NCBI GenBank assembly: GCA_963702025.1
Contig: OY969699.1
Coordinates: 896,001 to 960,000, forward strand
Reading direction: 5' to 3'
DNA length: 64,000 nucleotides
From: an uncultured bacterium
GTDB lineage: Bacteria > Babelota > Babeliae > Babelales > Vermiphilaceae
Part shown: positions 38,652 to 48,800 of the stretch, piece after piece
Layout: the number at the start of each line of letters is the position of its first letter
How positions within the stretch are numbered: the stretch's first letter is position 1
Program-made: the position numbers and the translations under genes
The notes under the pieces: model-generated
Told to the model about the DNA's origin: nothing
Seen by the model: only the letters and a program-made list of their open reading frames with translations
The model's database searches: none

Positions 38652-39701
38652 ATGAAAATAGCAGTACTTGTTTCAGGCGGAGTTGATAGCTCAGTTGCAT
38701 TGCGATTGCTCAAAGACCAAGGGCATGATGTAACCGCTTTTTATCTTAAAATTTGGCTTGAAGATGAACTTTCTTACCTGGGCGATTGCCCTTGGGAAGA
38801 AGATCTTGCCTATGTGCGCAAAGTATGCGAACAGGCTAATGTGCCACTCAACATTATTTCTTTGCAAAAAGAATACTGGGATCAGGTGGTGGCATATACA
38901 ATGGCAGAAATTAAAGCAGGAAGAACGCCAAATCCAGACATTTTGTGCAACCAACGGATTAAGTTTGGTGTGTTTTTTAATCATATTGACGATAGTTTTG
39001 ATAAGGTGGCAACTGGCCATTACGCTCAAGTAGAGAAAAATAATTTGTTCACTCTCTATCGCGCTCCCGACCCAATTAAAGATCAAACCTATTTTCTTTC
39101 TTATTTGAGCCAAGCGCAATTGGCGCGTGCCTTATTCCCCATCGGCCATTTGCACAAAGAACAGGTTCGCGCATTGGCGCACCAATATGATTTACCCAAC
39201 AAGGATCGCAAAGATTCCCAAGGCATTTGTTTTTTGGGGAAACTCAAATTCAATGATTTTATTAAATTTCATGTCGGTGAAAAACGGGGCGATTTAATGG
39301 AATATGAAACGGGCAAAAAATTAGGCATTCATAAAGGATTTTGGTTCCACACTATTGGCCAACGGCAAGGTTCCGGTCTTGCGGGTGGGCCGTGGTATGT
39401 GGTTGCAAAAAATACTGATGAAAATACAGTCTTTGTTTCACGCAACTATTATTCACCAGATAAACATCGCAATAGTTTTACCGTTGAACAGGTTAATTGG
39501 CTCTCGGGAATACCACCCGCAAAAACAGACTTGCAAGTAAAAATAAGACATGGCAAACAGATCTATAATTGTACCGTGGTTCCAATTTCCGATACCCGGT
39601 GGCAGGTAACCCTTGATCGGGATGACCAAGGCATTGCTCCGGGTCAATTTGCCGTTTTTTATGATGGCGCTGAATGTCTTGGTGCGGGTACAATTTGCTA
39701 A
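38652..39701 (+). CDS. mnmA: tRNA-specific 2-thiouridylase
   Basis: SGGVDSS, TPNPDILCN, ATGHYA, KDQTYFL, DSQGICF, PGQFAVFY. Confidence 0.98.
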   Translation: MKIAVLVSGGVDSSVALRLLKDQGHDVTAFYLKIWLEDELSYLGDCPWEEDLAYVRKVCEQANVPLNIISLQKEYWDQVVAYTMAEIKAGRTPNPDILCNQRIKFGVFFNHIDDSFDKVATGHYAQVEKNNLFTLYRAPDPIKDQTYFLSYLSQAQLARALFPIGHLHKEQVRALAHQYDLPNKDRKDSQGICFLGKLKFNDFIKFHVGEKRGDLMEYETGKKLGIHKGFWFHTIGQRQGSGLAGGPWYVVAKNTDENTVFVSRNYYSPDKHRNSFTVEQVNWLSGIPPAKTDLQVKIRHGKQIYNCTVVPISDTRWQVTLDRDDQGIAPGQFAVFYDGAECLGAGTIC

Positions 39702-39712
39702 AAAAAGATATA

Positions 39713-39740
39713 TTGACAAATTGCATGCATTTGCTATAAT
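39713..39740 (+). promoter_or_regulatory. Near-consensus sigma70 promoter for the SET gene
   Basis: TTGACA-N16-TATAAT with an extended -10 TG. Confidence 0.7.
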
Positions 39741-39780
39741 TTCTACTAGAAATAATTTTTAGCCTAAAATGGAGAATTAC

Positions 39781-40437
39781 ATGAATATATTTCGGATTTG
39801 GTTAGTTCTGTTGTTCTACGCTGTTTCCTGTTTTGGCATGGAAAAGCTTGAGCCAGTAAAAAAATTATATGCCTCGGATTTTGAGAAACTTGGCGTGATG
39901 TACACAAACGAACTCATTTGTAGGGTAGATAAGCCAAAAATTAAATATATCGAATGTAATCGCCTTATGCGCCATAAATATGGGCAGCTCCTCGCGCAAA
40001 AACATGAAGCTCCTGTGTATCTCAAATATATCAATGATAGGGTGAGATACGGGGCATTTGCCGATACTGATATTGCAAAAGATAGTCTGATTGCCGAATA
40101 TACCGGCGAACTTATTCATGAGCAAATGTTTAGCCAGATTGAATCTGTGGATGATTCCGCATATTGCATGGACGTTGGACATTATTATTACGATGCGAGT
40201 TTTGACCCGGTTGTTACCGCTTTAATTGTTGACGCAAAGCGCTGCGGCAATTTTACTCGTTTTATTAATCATAGCTCTACACCAAATACTTTCCCCACCA
40301 CCATTTATGGCGGGGATAATTTGTGGCATGTTATTATTCTAGCAAACAAACGGATTGCCAAAGGCGAACAACTCACTATTGATTACGGGAATGATTATTG
40401 GCAAAACCGCGGTATCGTGCCAGAGAATTTGGAATAA
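39781..40437 (+). CDS. Exported SET-domain protein-lysine methyltransferase
   Basis: YGAFA, EYTGE, GNFTRFINHS..PN, GEQLTIDYG. Signal ending CFG-MEK. Start is 39781 (GGAG RBS) or 39769. Confidence 0.92.
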   Translation: MNIFRIWLVLLFYAVSCFGMEKLEPVKKLYASDFEKLGVMYTNELICRVDKPKIKYIECNRLMRHKYGQLLAQKHEAPVYLKYINDRVRYGAFADTDIAKDSLIAEYTGELIHEQMFSQIESVDDSAYCMDVGHYYYDASFDPVVTALIVDAKRCGNFTRFINHSSTPNTFPTTIYGGDNLWHVIILANKRIAKGEQLTIDYGNDYWQNRGIVPENLE

Positions 40438-40451
40438 TTTTACAGGAATTA

Positions 40452-41042
40452 TTAAACAAGCTTGCTTAGCAATTCCCGTGCATGTTTTACCTGCATTTCT
40501 CTTTCTTTTTTCCACGCGGCCATAACTTGTTGTTTTGAGGCATCAGGATGGTGGTGCTGATATTCTTGCATGAAAGTCAAAAGCGCCCACTCTTTTTTTG
40601 GTTGGGCCTTTGTTTTTTTTCGGAGCTCATATTCCTTTTGCCACATCTGTGCAAATTCTTTATAGGTTGGCGGATTTCCATCATGCCAGCGGGCATTGAT
40701 CCAATCGACACCAAAAGCAGTAAAATGGAAATGAGGGCCGATCAGTTTTTTGAAGAAAATCCTTGTTTTTAGATCATTTTTATAGGCGCCGTAGAGAACC
40801 GGAGTATTTTCAGCAAGCGGATAATTCATGCATTTTTGCGCGCGTGAAATAGCCGGAATAGTTTTTGCCGGCAATACTGTGCCGGTTTTTAAAAAATGCA
40901 TGATCTTTTTGATGAGTTCGGCTTTGCCTTCTTGCCAAGGAATGTTGTACGTTTTGCACAGATCACGCAGCTCTTTCATGTTCATGAAATGGAGAGCATC
41001 AAAAAGCTCTTTCATTTCTTGGGGACTCAATTTTCTTGGCAT
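40452..41042 (-). CDS. Hypothetical protein with SAP-like N-terminal domain (DUF6434-like)
   Basis: MKELRDLCKTYNIP..GKAELIKKI SAP-like motif, FFKKLIGPHFHFT. Confidence 0.7.
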   Translation of the reverse strand: MPRKLSPQEMKELFDALHFMNMKELRDLCKTYNIPWQEGKAELIKKIMHFLKTGTVLPAKTIPAISRAQKCMNYPLAENTPVLYGAYKNDLKTRIFFKKLIGPHFHFTAFGVDWINARWHDGNPPTYKEFAQMWQKEYELRKKTKAQPKKEWALLTFMQEYQHHHPDASKQQVMAAWKKEREMQVKHARELLSKLV

Positions 41043-41190
41043 AGTTATCCTTTGTGGGAATAAATAATCTCTTTAGGTATATTAAAACCTATAACAAGAA
41101 AAAAATACACGAAAATATGCTGATTTTTTCTTTGCCAATAGCCAATTACATGGTAAGTTAGAATAACCTAACTATTTCGAATCAAAAGGC

Positions 41191-41793
41191 ATGTGCATGA
41201 AAAAATTCTCATTCCATTTATTTAAAAAATTACCGGCGCATGAGAAGAAGATAACCTTCTCAACAACGCTCACCTTAATTCGGTTCATTCTGATTCCTTT
41301 TATTGTTGGTGCTATGATACTTGATGCGTGGCACAGCGCATTTATTCTCTTTATTATCGCTGCAATTACTGATGTGCTGGATGGCTGGACGGCGCGATGG
41401 TTCAATGAACGAACCTTTTTGGGTGCGGCCCTTGATCCGGTGGTTGATAAGTTTCTGGTGCTTGCGATTTTTTTTACTCTGGCATTTATTCAACCATTGC
41501 TTTTTACCATACCGCTCTGGTTTGTGATCCTTGTTCTTTTAAAAGAGATGGTGCAGATTGGCGGCGCGGTGTTTATTTATTATGCCAGGGGACATTTAAC
41601 TATTGCTCCCACTCTTTTAGGCAAAGCAACTATGGTGGTGCAGACTGCTTTTATAGCATGGCTATTTTCCTGCTACTTTTATGGGTGGCTGCCGATTAAA
41701 ACATATTATGTGATGTTGGGCGCTGTTTTAACATTAGTGGGTCTAGCCTTTCTTGATTATGCGCGTATTGGTTTTGCGCAATGGCGCACGTAA
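41191..41793 (+). CDS. CDP-alcohol phosphatidyltransferase (PgsA / CMP-forming cardiolipin synthase-like)
   Basis: TDVLDGWTAR...GAALDPVVDK signature. Confidence 0.93.
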   Translation: MCMKKFSFHLFKKLPAHEKKITFSTTLTLIRFILIPFIVGAMILDAWHSAFILFIIAAITDVLDGWTARWFNERTFLGAALDPVVDKFLVLAIFFTLAFIQPLLFTIPLWFVILVLLKEMVQIGGAVFIYYARGHLTIAPTLLGKATMVVQTAFIAWLFSCYFYGWLPIKTYYVMLGAVLTLVGLAFLDYARIGFAQWRT

Positions 41794-41809
41794 ACATTTT
41801 GGAGGATTA

Positions 41810-42208
41810 ATGGTATATCAAAGAAATTATGTTATCTTGGTGATATTTTTTTTTGGCTTAATGGCGGCAGAATCCTTTGTTGAGCCTAAAAAAACATCTA
41901 ATCAAAAAATGAGTGCAGATGATTGTTGCCAACAAATTCTTTGGGGTGGCAAAGAATTTGCGCGAATCAGCCAATATACCGGTGCAATTCAGGCCATAGA
42001 TTTATTATGGGTTGAAGATTATTTTGACGATGAAAAAAATGGGGTATTTAATCTTGCGGCAAAAGATCAGGCTAAACTGCAGGATTATGTTGCGCATAAA
42101 GAAAAATATAATCGTGCCCGTGAAGAATATGAAAAAGTATTAAAAGAAGAGCTTGAATTCTTAAAGCAGTTTGAATCCTCGGTTCGGACGAGTAAAAAGA
42201 AAAAGTAG
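41810..42208 (+). CDS. Hypothetical protein with N-terminal hydrophobic segment
   Basis: GGAGG RBS before ATG 41810. Confidence 0.7.
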   Translation: MVYQRNYVILVIFFFGLMAAESFVEPKKTSNQKMSADDCCQQILWGGKEFARISQYTGAIQAIDLLWVEDYFDDEKNGVFNLAAKDQAKLQDYVAHKEKYNRAREEYEKVLKEELEFLKQFESSVRTSKKKK

Positions 42209-42307
42209 GGCTTAAAAAAAGTTTTTTTTTATATAGTATTTAATTATTAGTGTAATTTTTTTATTGCGGGTGTTTTTGAAAAACATCATTTATGCAAAAG
42301 GATATTC

Positions 42308-42916
42308 ATGAGTTCATTTAATCGTGTCATTATGGCAGGAAACCTAACCCGCGATCCGGATTATAAACAATTAACTTCCGGCCAAGCAGTCTGCCGTTTA
42401 GGATTAGCATCAAACCGTCAATTTAAGAATAAGCAAAGCGGTGATATGATCCAAGAAGTTTGCTATATCGATATTGATGTGTGGGGACCGCAAGCAGAAA
42501 GCTGCCGTCAATATTTGCAAAAGGGCAGACCAATCTTGGTTGAAGGTCGCTTAAAGCTTGATACGTGGGATGATGCAAACGGTCAAAAGCGCAGCAAGCA
42601 TAGCATTGTTGCCGATCGTGTTGTCTTCTTATCATCCAATAATCAAGCAAGCGCTGAAGCTACCGATCAAGATGAACAGCGCCTTGATCCCAATAACCCG
42701 GTAGAAAAAGAGTTGATGAATCAGATTGATCAAATAAAATCGCGGAATGCGGCACGCGCTGCAAAACCTGCTGATTCACAATTTGAACCGGCCCGTGCGC
42801 AAGCGCCGGCCAAAAAGAAAACTGTACCGGTAGCGGCTCAGCAACCGCAAGCGGCAGTTGGCGGCGAAATTGATTTTGCCGATGAACCACCGTTTGCCGA
42901 CGATTTGCCTTTTTAA
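42308..42916 (+). CDS. ssb: Single-stranded DNA-binding protein
   Basis: NRVIMAGNLTRDP, VEGRL, acidic C-terminal DDLPF. Confidence 0.97.
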   Translation: MSSFNRVIMAGNLTRDPDYKQLTSGQAVCRLGLASNRQFKNKQSGDMIQEVCYIDIDVWGPQAESCRQYLQKGRPILVEGRLKLDTWDDANGQKRSKHSIVADRVVFLSSNNQASAEATDQDEQRLDPNNPVEKELMNQIDQIKSRNAARAAKPADSQFEPARAQAPAKKKTVPVAAQQPQAAVGGEIDFADEPPFADDLPF

Positions 42917-42934
42917 GATAAGCGTATTTTTGAT

Positions 42935-42970
42935 AAAAAAGCCTCGGTGATCATCACCGAGGCTTTTTTT
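42935..42970. terminator. Bidirectional rho-independent terminator
   Basis: AAAAAA-GCCTCGGTGA-TCA-TCACCGAGGC-TTTTTTT between convergent genes. Confidence 0.9.
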
Positions 42971-42981
42971 GCTCTTGAGGG

Positions 42982-44448
42982 TTAAGGTTTTGGAGAATTA
43001 ATATATATCTCATCTTTTTCATTCACCCGAATGGTAAACGGATTCCAGTTATAAGTGCCTTCGCGGCCATTTGGCTGATAGATTATATTTATTTTGCCCT
43101 CTAAATCTATTCCAATGACTCCTATTTGTTCGCGTCCAGATTTTAAAATAGTAATCAGTTCACCTTTTTTTAGCGGGACATTGAGTTTTGCCGTTTGATG
43201 CGGATTGATAACTTCTACTTTTTCTTTATTATTTTCATGAGTATATTTTATAGAAATCTGATTATTTGAATCATTTCTTATTTCGTAGAGCATGAGAGCC
43301 GGGGAAATTTTTTGGGGGCAAGACTTTTGCGGTTGTATCGGTGGTGCCACTTTTAATGGAACTGGTTGAATGGCTTGAGCTTTTGATGGAAGCTCATTTT
43401 TTAATCGAATTGCAACATCACGTAAAATAGTTCGTATGCCATCAAGATTTGTTTCAACATCTTTAAAAAAGTTAATATCCTTGATTTTTTCTTTCATTTC
43501 TTCTTTAACTTTTGCAAGAAGCGCCATCGCCACCCGAATAATGGCGAACTTCGTTGCATTATTTTTGTCTTTTTGTGCTGCTTCTTGAATTGTCCAGATA
43601 ACCATTTTAACTTTTTGACCGATTCCCAATGGTTGTAGAAAATCATCTACCGTGTTTAATCGGTTAATAGCTTCAGAAAGATCTTTTTCTGAAAAATTCA
43701 GTGTTCGTGGGGTAACCGGGTGCACCCCTAACGCAGTTAATAGGGCGATCCGTTCCTCTTCAGGGATTACTTGTGCCTCATTAATGTAATAGGCAGGTGT
43801 GTTGCCTTGGCTGTCAACAACATTTGTCTGAGCGCCATACTTCTTCTCTCTGAGTAATCTAACCGCGTTAAGAATATAGTTAATAGAAGACTTTTTTGAT
43901 TCTTTTTCTTTTAACTGTTCTATAGCTTTTGGTAATGCGGCTTTTAATTCTGCTGGTGTTTTAAAGTTTTCTTTTTCAATATCCAAGTGAATAAGCGAAT
44001 ATTGAGAATCGCGGATTAGTTCTGCCAGTGGCGTTCTTCCTTTTTCTTCTGAACTTCCTTTATTAATGTCATCGACTGCCCCTTGTTTAAGAAGGAATTC
44101 AAGTATATTTATATCACCACCGCGCACTGCATTATGTAAAATAGTAAGCCCTTGCTTATCGATACTATGAATATTGGCTCCGTTGTTGAGTAGGAACATA
44201 ATAATCTGAGGGTAATTCTCTTTGTTTTGCTTGTTTTGTTGCAAGACGGCCCATGCCAAGGGGGTTTTTCCAAATTTGTCTACTTTGTCTACTGAACGGG
44301 GATCTTGTTCTATGATCTCGATAACTCTTTGTAGATTCCCCTCAGAAGCAGCCCACCCAATATCTTGTTGTTTGGGTATCTCCATGCTGTGGCATGTCAC
44401 TAAAAACATAACAGCGATGAAAGTGAAATTTTTAATTACTTTCAACAT
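42982..44448 (-). CDS. Exported protein with N-terminal ankyrin repeats and unknown C-terminal domains
   Basis: Start taken at ATG 44448 (AGGAG RBS). Signal then SMEIP. Repeats GKTPLAWAV, GLTILHNAV. Confidence 0.85.
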   Translation of the reverse strand: MLKVIKNFTFIAVMFLVTCHSMEIPKQQDIGWAASEGNLQRVIEIIEQDPRSVDKVDKFGKTPLAWAVLQQNKQNKENYPQIIMFLLNNGANIHSIDKQGLTILHNAVRGGDINILEFLLKQGAVDDINKGSSEEKGRTPLAELIRDSQYSLIHLDIEKENFKTPAELKAALPKAIEQLKEKESKKSSINYILNAVRLLREKKYGAQTNVVDSQGNTPAYYINEAQVIPEEERIALLTALGVHPVTPRTLNFSEKDLSEAINRLNTVDDFLQPLGIGQKVKMVIWTIQEAAQKDKNNATKFAIIRVAMALLAKVKEEMKEKIKDINFFKDVETNLDGIRTILRDVAIRLKNELPSKAQAIQPVPLKVAPPIQPQKSCPQKISPALMLYEIRNDSNNQISIKYTHENNKEKVEVINPHQTAKLNVPLKKGELITILKSGREQIGVIGIDLEGKINIIYQPNGREGTYNWNPFTIRVNEKDEIYINSPKP

Positions 44449-44586
44449 ATCTTTCTCCTTTACATAAAAAGTTTTGTTAAAAAAGCCTAACACTCAGGCA
44501 AACCTTACTGCAATATTTTATTTTTATTGACAATTAGAATTTAAAAACTGCAATCTAGTATATGAGATTGATTGAGGAGTAAAGGT

Positions 44587-45315
44587 ATGATGAAGCCTTT
44601 ATATATAGTGTTGTTTATTTTTTTTCCAATAATACCGTATGAAAAACTGACTCAATTTCTGCCTCCAGAATCATGCATGATTCATCAATTGCCTGCCTGT
44701 TTACAAGGAAACCCGGTTTATCATATAAAAACATTGGCGGTACAAAAAGATTCCTTCAGTTGTGGGTATCATGCGATTTTTAACGCGGTTGCTCTTGATA
44801 AGGCAGTGTACGAAGACTCAGATTTTGTTTATGGCATTAAGAAAAATCTTAATAATACGTACCTTTTTTTCGATGTATGTGCGGCTGTAAAAAAGCACAT
44901 TAGTGTGAGTCAACCGCTCAACGGTGCCCATATTGAAGACATTGCTAAAGAATTTCCTTTGGGCGAGCGCTTGTTGTCATTATTTTTTTTGGGGGATGAT
45001 ATTATGATTCCGCGCCTTGCAGTGAATGTAGAGCATCCGCTTACGATGTCCAAATCAGAAATAGAAAAGCTCTTAAAAGATAAACAAAAGGCCATTGTGC
45101 AGGAAAAAATTAAACAACTAATTGATAATGTTAAAACAAAACAGCGGCAGGCTGCGCATTTTATTTGCAATGTTGGTAATCATTATATGCTTTGCACCGT
45201 TATTTCTGATTATTCATTACAAACCAAATTATATGTGATTGGCGCATGGAACGAGCCGATCAACGAAGCAGCGCTTAAATATATTAACCTCTTTTTATCT
45301 TATATGAAGGCATAG
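44587..45315 (+). CDS. Exported putative cysteine peptidase (Cys-before-His order)
   Basis: QKDSFSCGYHAIFNA and GNHYMLCTV motifs, N-terminal hydrophobic segment. Confidence 0.55.
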   Translation: MMKPLYIVLFIFFPIIPYEKLTQFLPPESCMIHQLPACLQGNPVYHIKTLAVQKDSFSCGYHAIFNAVALDKAVYEDSDFVYGIKKNLNNTYLFFDVCAAVKKHISVSQPLNGAHIEDIAKEFPLGERLLSLFFLGDDIMIPRLAVNVEHPLTMSKSEIEKLLKDKQKAIVQEKIKQLIDNVKTKQRQAAHFICNVGNHYMLCTVISDYSLQTKLYVIGAWNEPINEAALKYINLFLSYMKA

Positions 45316-45325
45316 GGAACGAGCC

Positions 45326-45826
45326 ATGAAAATAAAAGCATTTTTAGTTTTGCTATTCATAGCGCAGGGCCTTGCAGCCTGTGAAGATAACCGCTTTCAT
45401 CGGATCTTTCCCCTATCTTCTTTTAAGTTAGTCATTGATACCTGTATGCGATCGTATAGTGATGTGCTTTTGTTGCAAGATAAAATTGCAAATCATGAAA
45501 AAATAAATGATCTACTTGATCTTTTAGTTGGGCGCCTTATCCATTTAGAAAGTTATGTTGAGCAACTCATCTTTGCCTATAATAATGATGCGACCGTAAG
45601 TTATGAGGAGCTGGAGTATTTGATGAAATTGATCGAACATCTTGAAATTACGATTACCGAAACTGAGTGTCAAAATTTTTCTGAGCCGCTGAATGAGATA
45701 ACCAATTGCTTAAAAATGGAACTCAAAAAAACCCTGACACAGCTTTCTTCACATAATCTTACGCAAGGGCGATCACTCCTTTATCGGTTCCTACCATCAG
45801 AATGCCGCTCACTCCAATTTGCTTAA
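45326..45826 (+). CDS. Exported hypothetical protein (possible lipoprotein, LAAC)
   Basis: MKIKAFLVLLFIAQGLAAC lipobox-like sequence. The 3' end overlaps the convergent gene by 68 nt. Confidence 0.65.
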   Translation: MKIKAFLVLLFIAQGLAACEDNRFHRIFPLSSFKLVIDTCMRSYSDVLLLQDKIANHEKINDLLDLLVGRLIHLESYVEQLIFAYNNDATVSYEELEYLMKLIEHLEITITETECQNFSEPLNEITNCLKMELKKTLTQLSSHNLTQGRSLLYRFLPSECRSLQFA

Positions 45827-48800
45827 CCCAATAGAATGCGTTAACACTGCCAAAAACTGGATCATTAAGCAGTGCTTCATTCGGGTTGGTGATATCCCAC
45901 TCTGCCGCATTAAAAGGAAGACACATTAATTGTTCAGGTAAACATGAAGATTGTATATTATCTACGGTGAAAATACGGCGTGCGCCATCCGACCAGAAAT
46001 AACTGAAGAGTGGTAAGGTTGCAAAATTAGGATCTGTACCGGCGGTTGTGCTATCAAATAATGGCGGAACAAAAGCAAATGGCACGGTATTTTGGCTGCC
46101 ATTAAGTTGTTGGATAATGCTTCTATTAAAAGTACCCAACCCGTTTTGGTCGGCGATGTAAAATGGCCAAATAGTGGATGGTGATGCAACCGGGATTGAT
46201 GCATTATCAACGCCGGCAATGTCTGTGTAAAATGCGAGAGTATTTGGGATTAAACTCCATGCGGCATCTGTCTGGTTGGTTGCTTGTTGAACGCCGGTTG
46301 TTTTTGTGGATTGATACAATCCATTATTGGTGGCCAAAACAAGTTGTTCTGTTGAACCGTCTGGCATTGTTGAGATGATTTGAATAGCGTTGAATACCGC
46401 GATATTGGCAAAGATTCCGGTGCCCGTTTCTGCGAGTATAAAAATATTTGCCGGATTAAACATCGATGAAACACTTGGCTGGAATGGAATCAGGTAGAGA
46501 GTACTTTGCAATGCTGTTTCTGCCAAAACATACAGTACATTTCCTGTTGTTTTGATATCAAAAACTTCGCCGGTGATATTGGGTGCCAATTGCCAACTGC
46601 CGGTGCTAAATGGCGGAGCATTTAATGCACCAAGAGTGCTCACAGCAAATCCTGCACCGCCGTCGCTAAATACATAAAGCCCTGTTTGGGTGCCGGCAAA
46701 GAAATAGTTGGTATTAGTTCCCGATTCTTGCCGCGCGTATTCCATTACTGTTGCTTGGCATGCATTTTTCGGCAGATCGGTGACTAAAAAGTTACTGGCA
46801 AGTGAGAAATTGGTGGTTACCGTTTGCGGACTTGAGACAGAGGCGCCCAATGCTTGGCTGATCCGCGCAAAGATAACTGATCCGCTGCCGGAAAATAATG
46901 CGTAACGGCTTTGATTTGAGATAAATCCGCGCGTGGATTGATCAAGATCAAGCACGGCCCTTGCTACACAGGTTGTCAAACCCGACTGGCAATCGGTTGT
47001 TGTGGTGCCGCGAATGGCAAGATTGAGCTGCGCAATCAGTGATGCGGGATCGTCTGAATTATTTTGCCATGCGGTTTGCAACACAGTATTAGTAGCTGAA
47101 TTGACTGCCCAAATTTTGGCCAGTGATGCGTCAACAGCAAATTGTGCAACGCCGGTGATATTGAATTGGGTGCCAATGGTATAGGGGGGGAATGCTTTTT
47201 TGGTCCATGGGGTCCAGCGAATAATTTTACCTGTTTCATCAAAAAGCGCCTGTGAATATAAAATGCCGCTATTGGTAGCTGCATTTGTTGATCCGTTTAT
47301 TGAAACATAAACCGTATCGCCAACCACATCAATGTCACCGATTAAACTTGGTACCGGTAGTGCGAGCGGTCCATCCCCCACCATAACTGCCGGATCGGTG
47401 TTGAGTGGAAGATCGGTGTTGGTGGCTGCGGGTACAACAAATTTGTAATTTACCAACGGCGCATTTTTATTTGCCAGGGTTCCTTGTACCGGGTTGGTTG
47501 GATCGTCAAGATCAACCAACGGTAATGCATAGATCTGATTGCCAATCGTGCTTATTGTGCCATTGCCGCCATTAATGATCAGATAACTGGGGCCGGTGCT
47601 CGCGTGTAGTACGCGCACTTTATTGATCGCAAGGCTATCTTGCATTGCATCAAATACACCGACCATATAATTTTGAATACCGGCGCCGTCTATAAATGCT
47701 GCATCGGGGGCAATATCGGCAAAGGTAATAATGCCACTGCTATCAACTGAGGCCACCACCACTGATTTGGCGCCCGATGAACTTGATCTAGTTTGCATAC
47801 GATTTTCCGGCTGGGCACTCCTGGTTTCGGGGACACCAACAGGGCCGGCCCATGAAAAAGTGGAAGAAATTGGTCTGTTATCTGATTTAAATACCGGTGT
47901 GGTCGGCACAATAATGGGCGGCAATGGTGGTTGGGGTGCCGGTCCGGTTATTATTGGAATGCACTGCGCATCAACAGGGCTGTAGGTGTAACCAAACTGG
48001 CAGGTGGGCCATGTTATGCAGGCATTAAGTTGGGGAACATATACTTGCCCCGGTGGACAAATGAGGGGGCCGGTGCAGACGCCCAGATCCGGAACAAAAA
48101 ATTGCCCCGCTGGACAGGGGCTACAACCACTGCCATCAATATAAATGCCGCCATTGGTACATATGAAACAGGCCAATGCGTTTTGGTCAAAATAATATCC
48201 TGCCGGGCAGGTGACGCAGGCCGCCAGTTGCGGGTTCCAGAAATAGCCACTCGAACAGATAGCGGTTACGCATTGTAAAAGAATCGGATTAAAATATTGG
48301 CCGATTGGACAGGTTATGCAGGTCTGGCTCAGGGTATCAAAATAGGCCCCGGATGCACACGTGACACATTGCTGGAGCGCATTATTACAATACCATCCGA
48401 ATGGGCAGGTGGGGCAGAGTGAGCCGGTACAGCTACCGGTTCCCGTGCCGGCCGGGCAGGTTTGCCCGCTGCTGCTTATGCCGGCGCTGGTCACTTGAAG
48501 TCCAATATATAAACGCTGTAACTGGTCATCCCAAAAAAGGTCAACTTGATTGGGCACTATGGTCGGTGAATTGTTTATTAATACTTCCGGTGTGGTTGGG
48601 TCAAGTGCTATCGCTTTAATGCCGCTGTCGCCCGATACAGCCGGTACCTGTGTGAGTGATAATGGATTTCGATTGATGGAGATGCTTGCTATGCCGCCGT
48701 TACAATCTGAACCAAAAAAACCATTGCAGGGTCTTAATGCGGCAAACATAAAATTGAGGCTCGCAGCTAAACCCACAACACCATTTGTTTGCAAACCATT

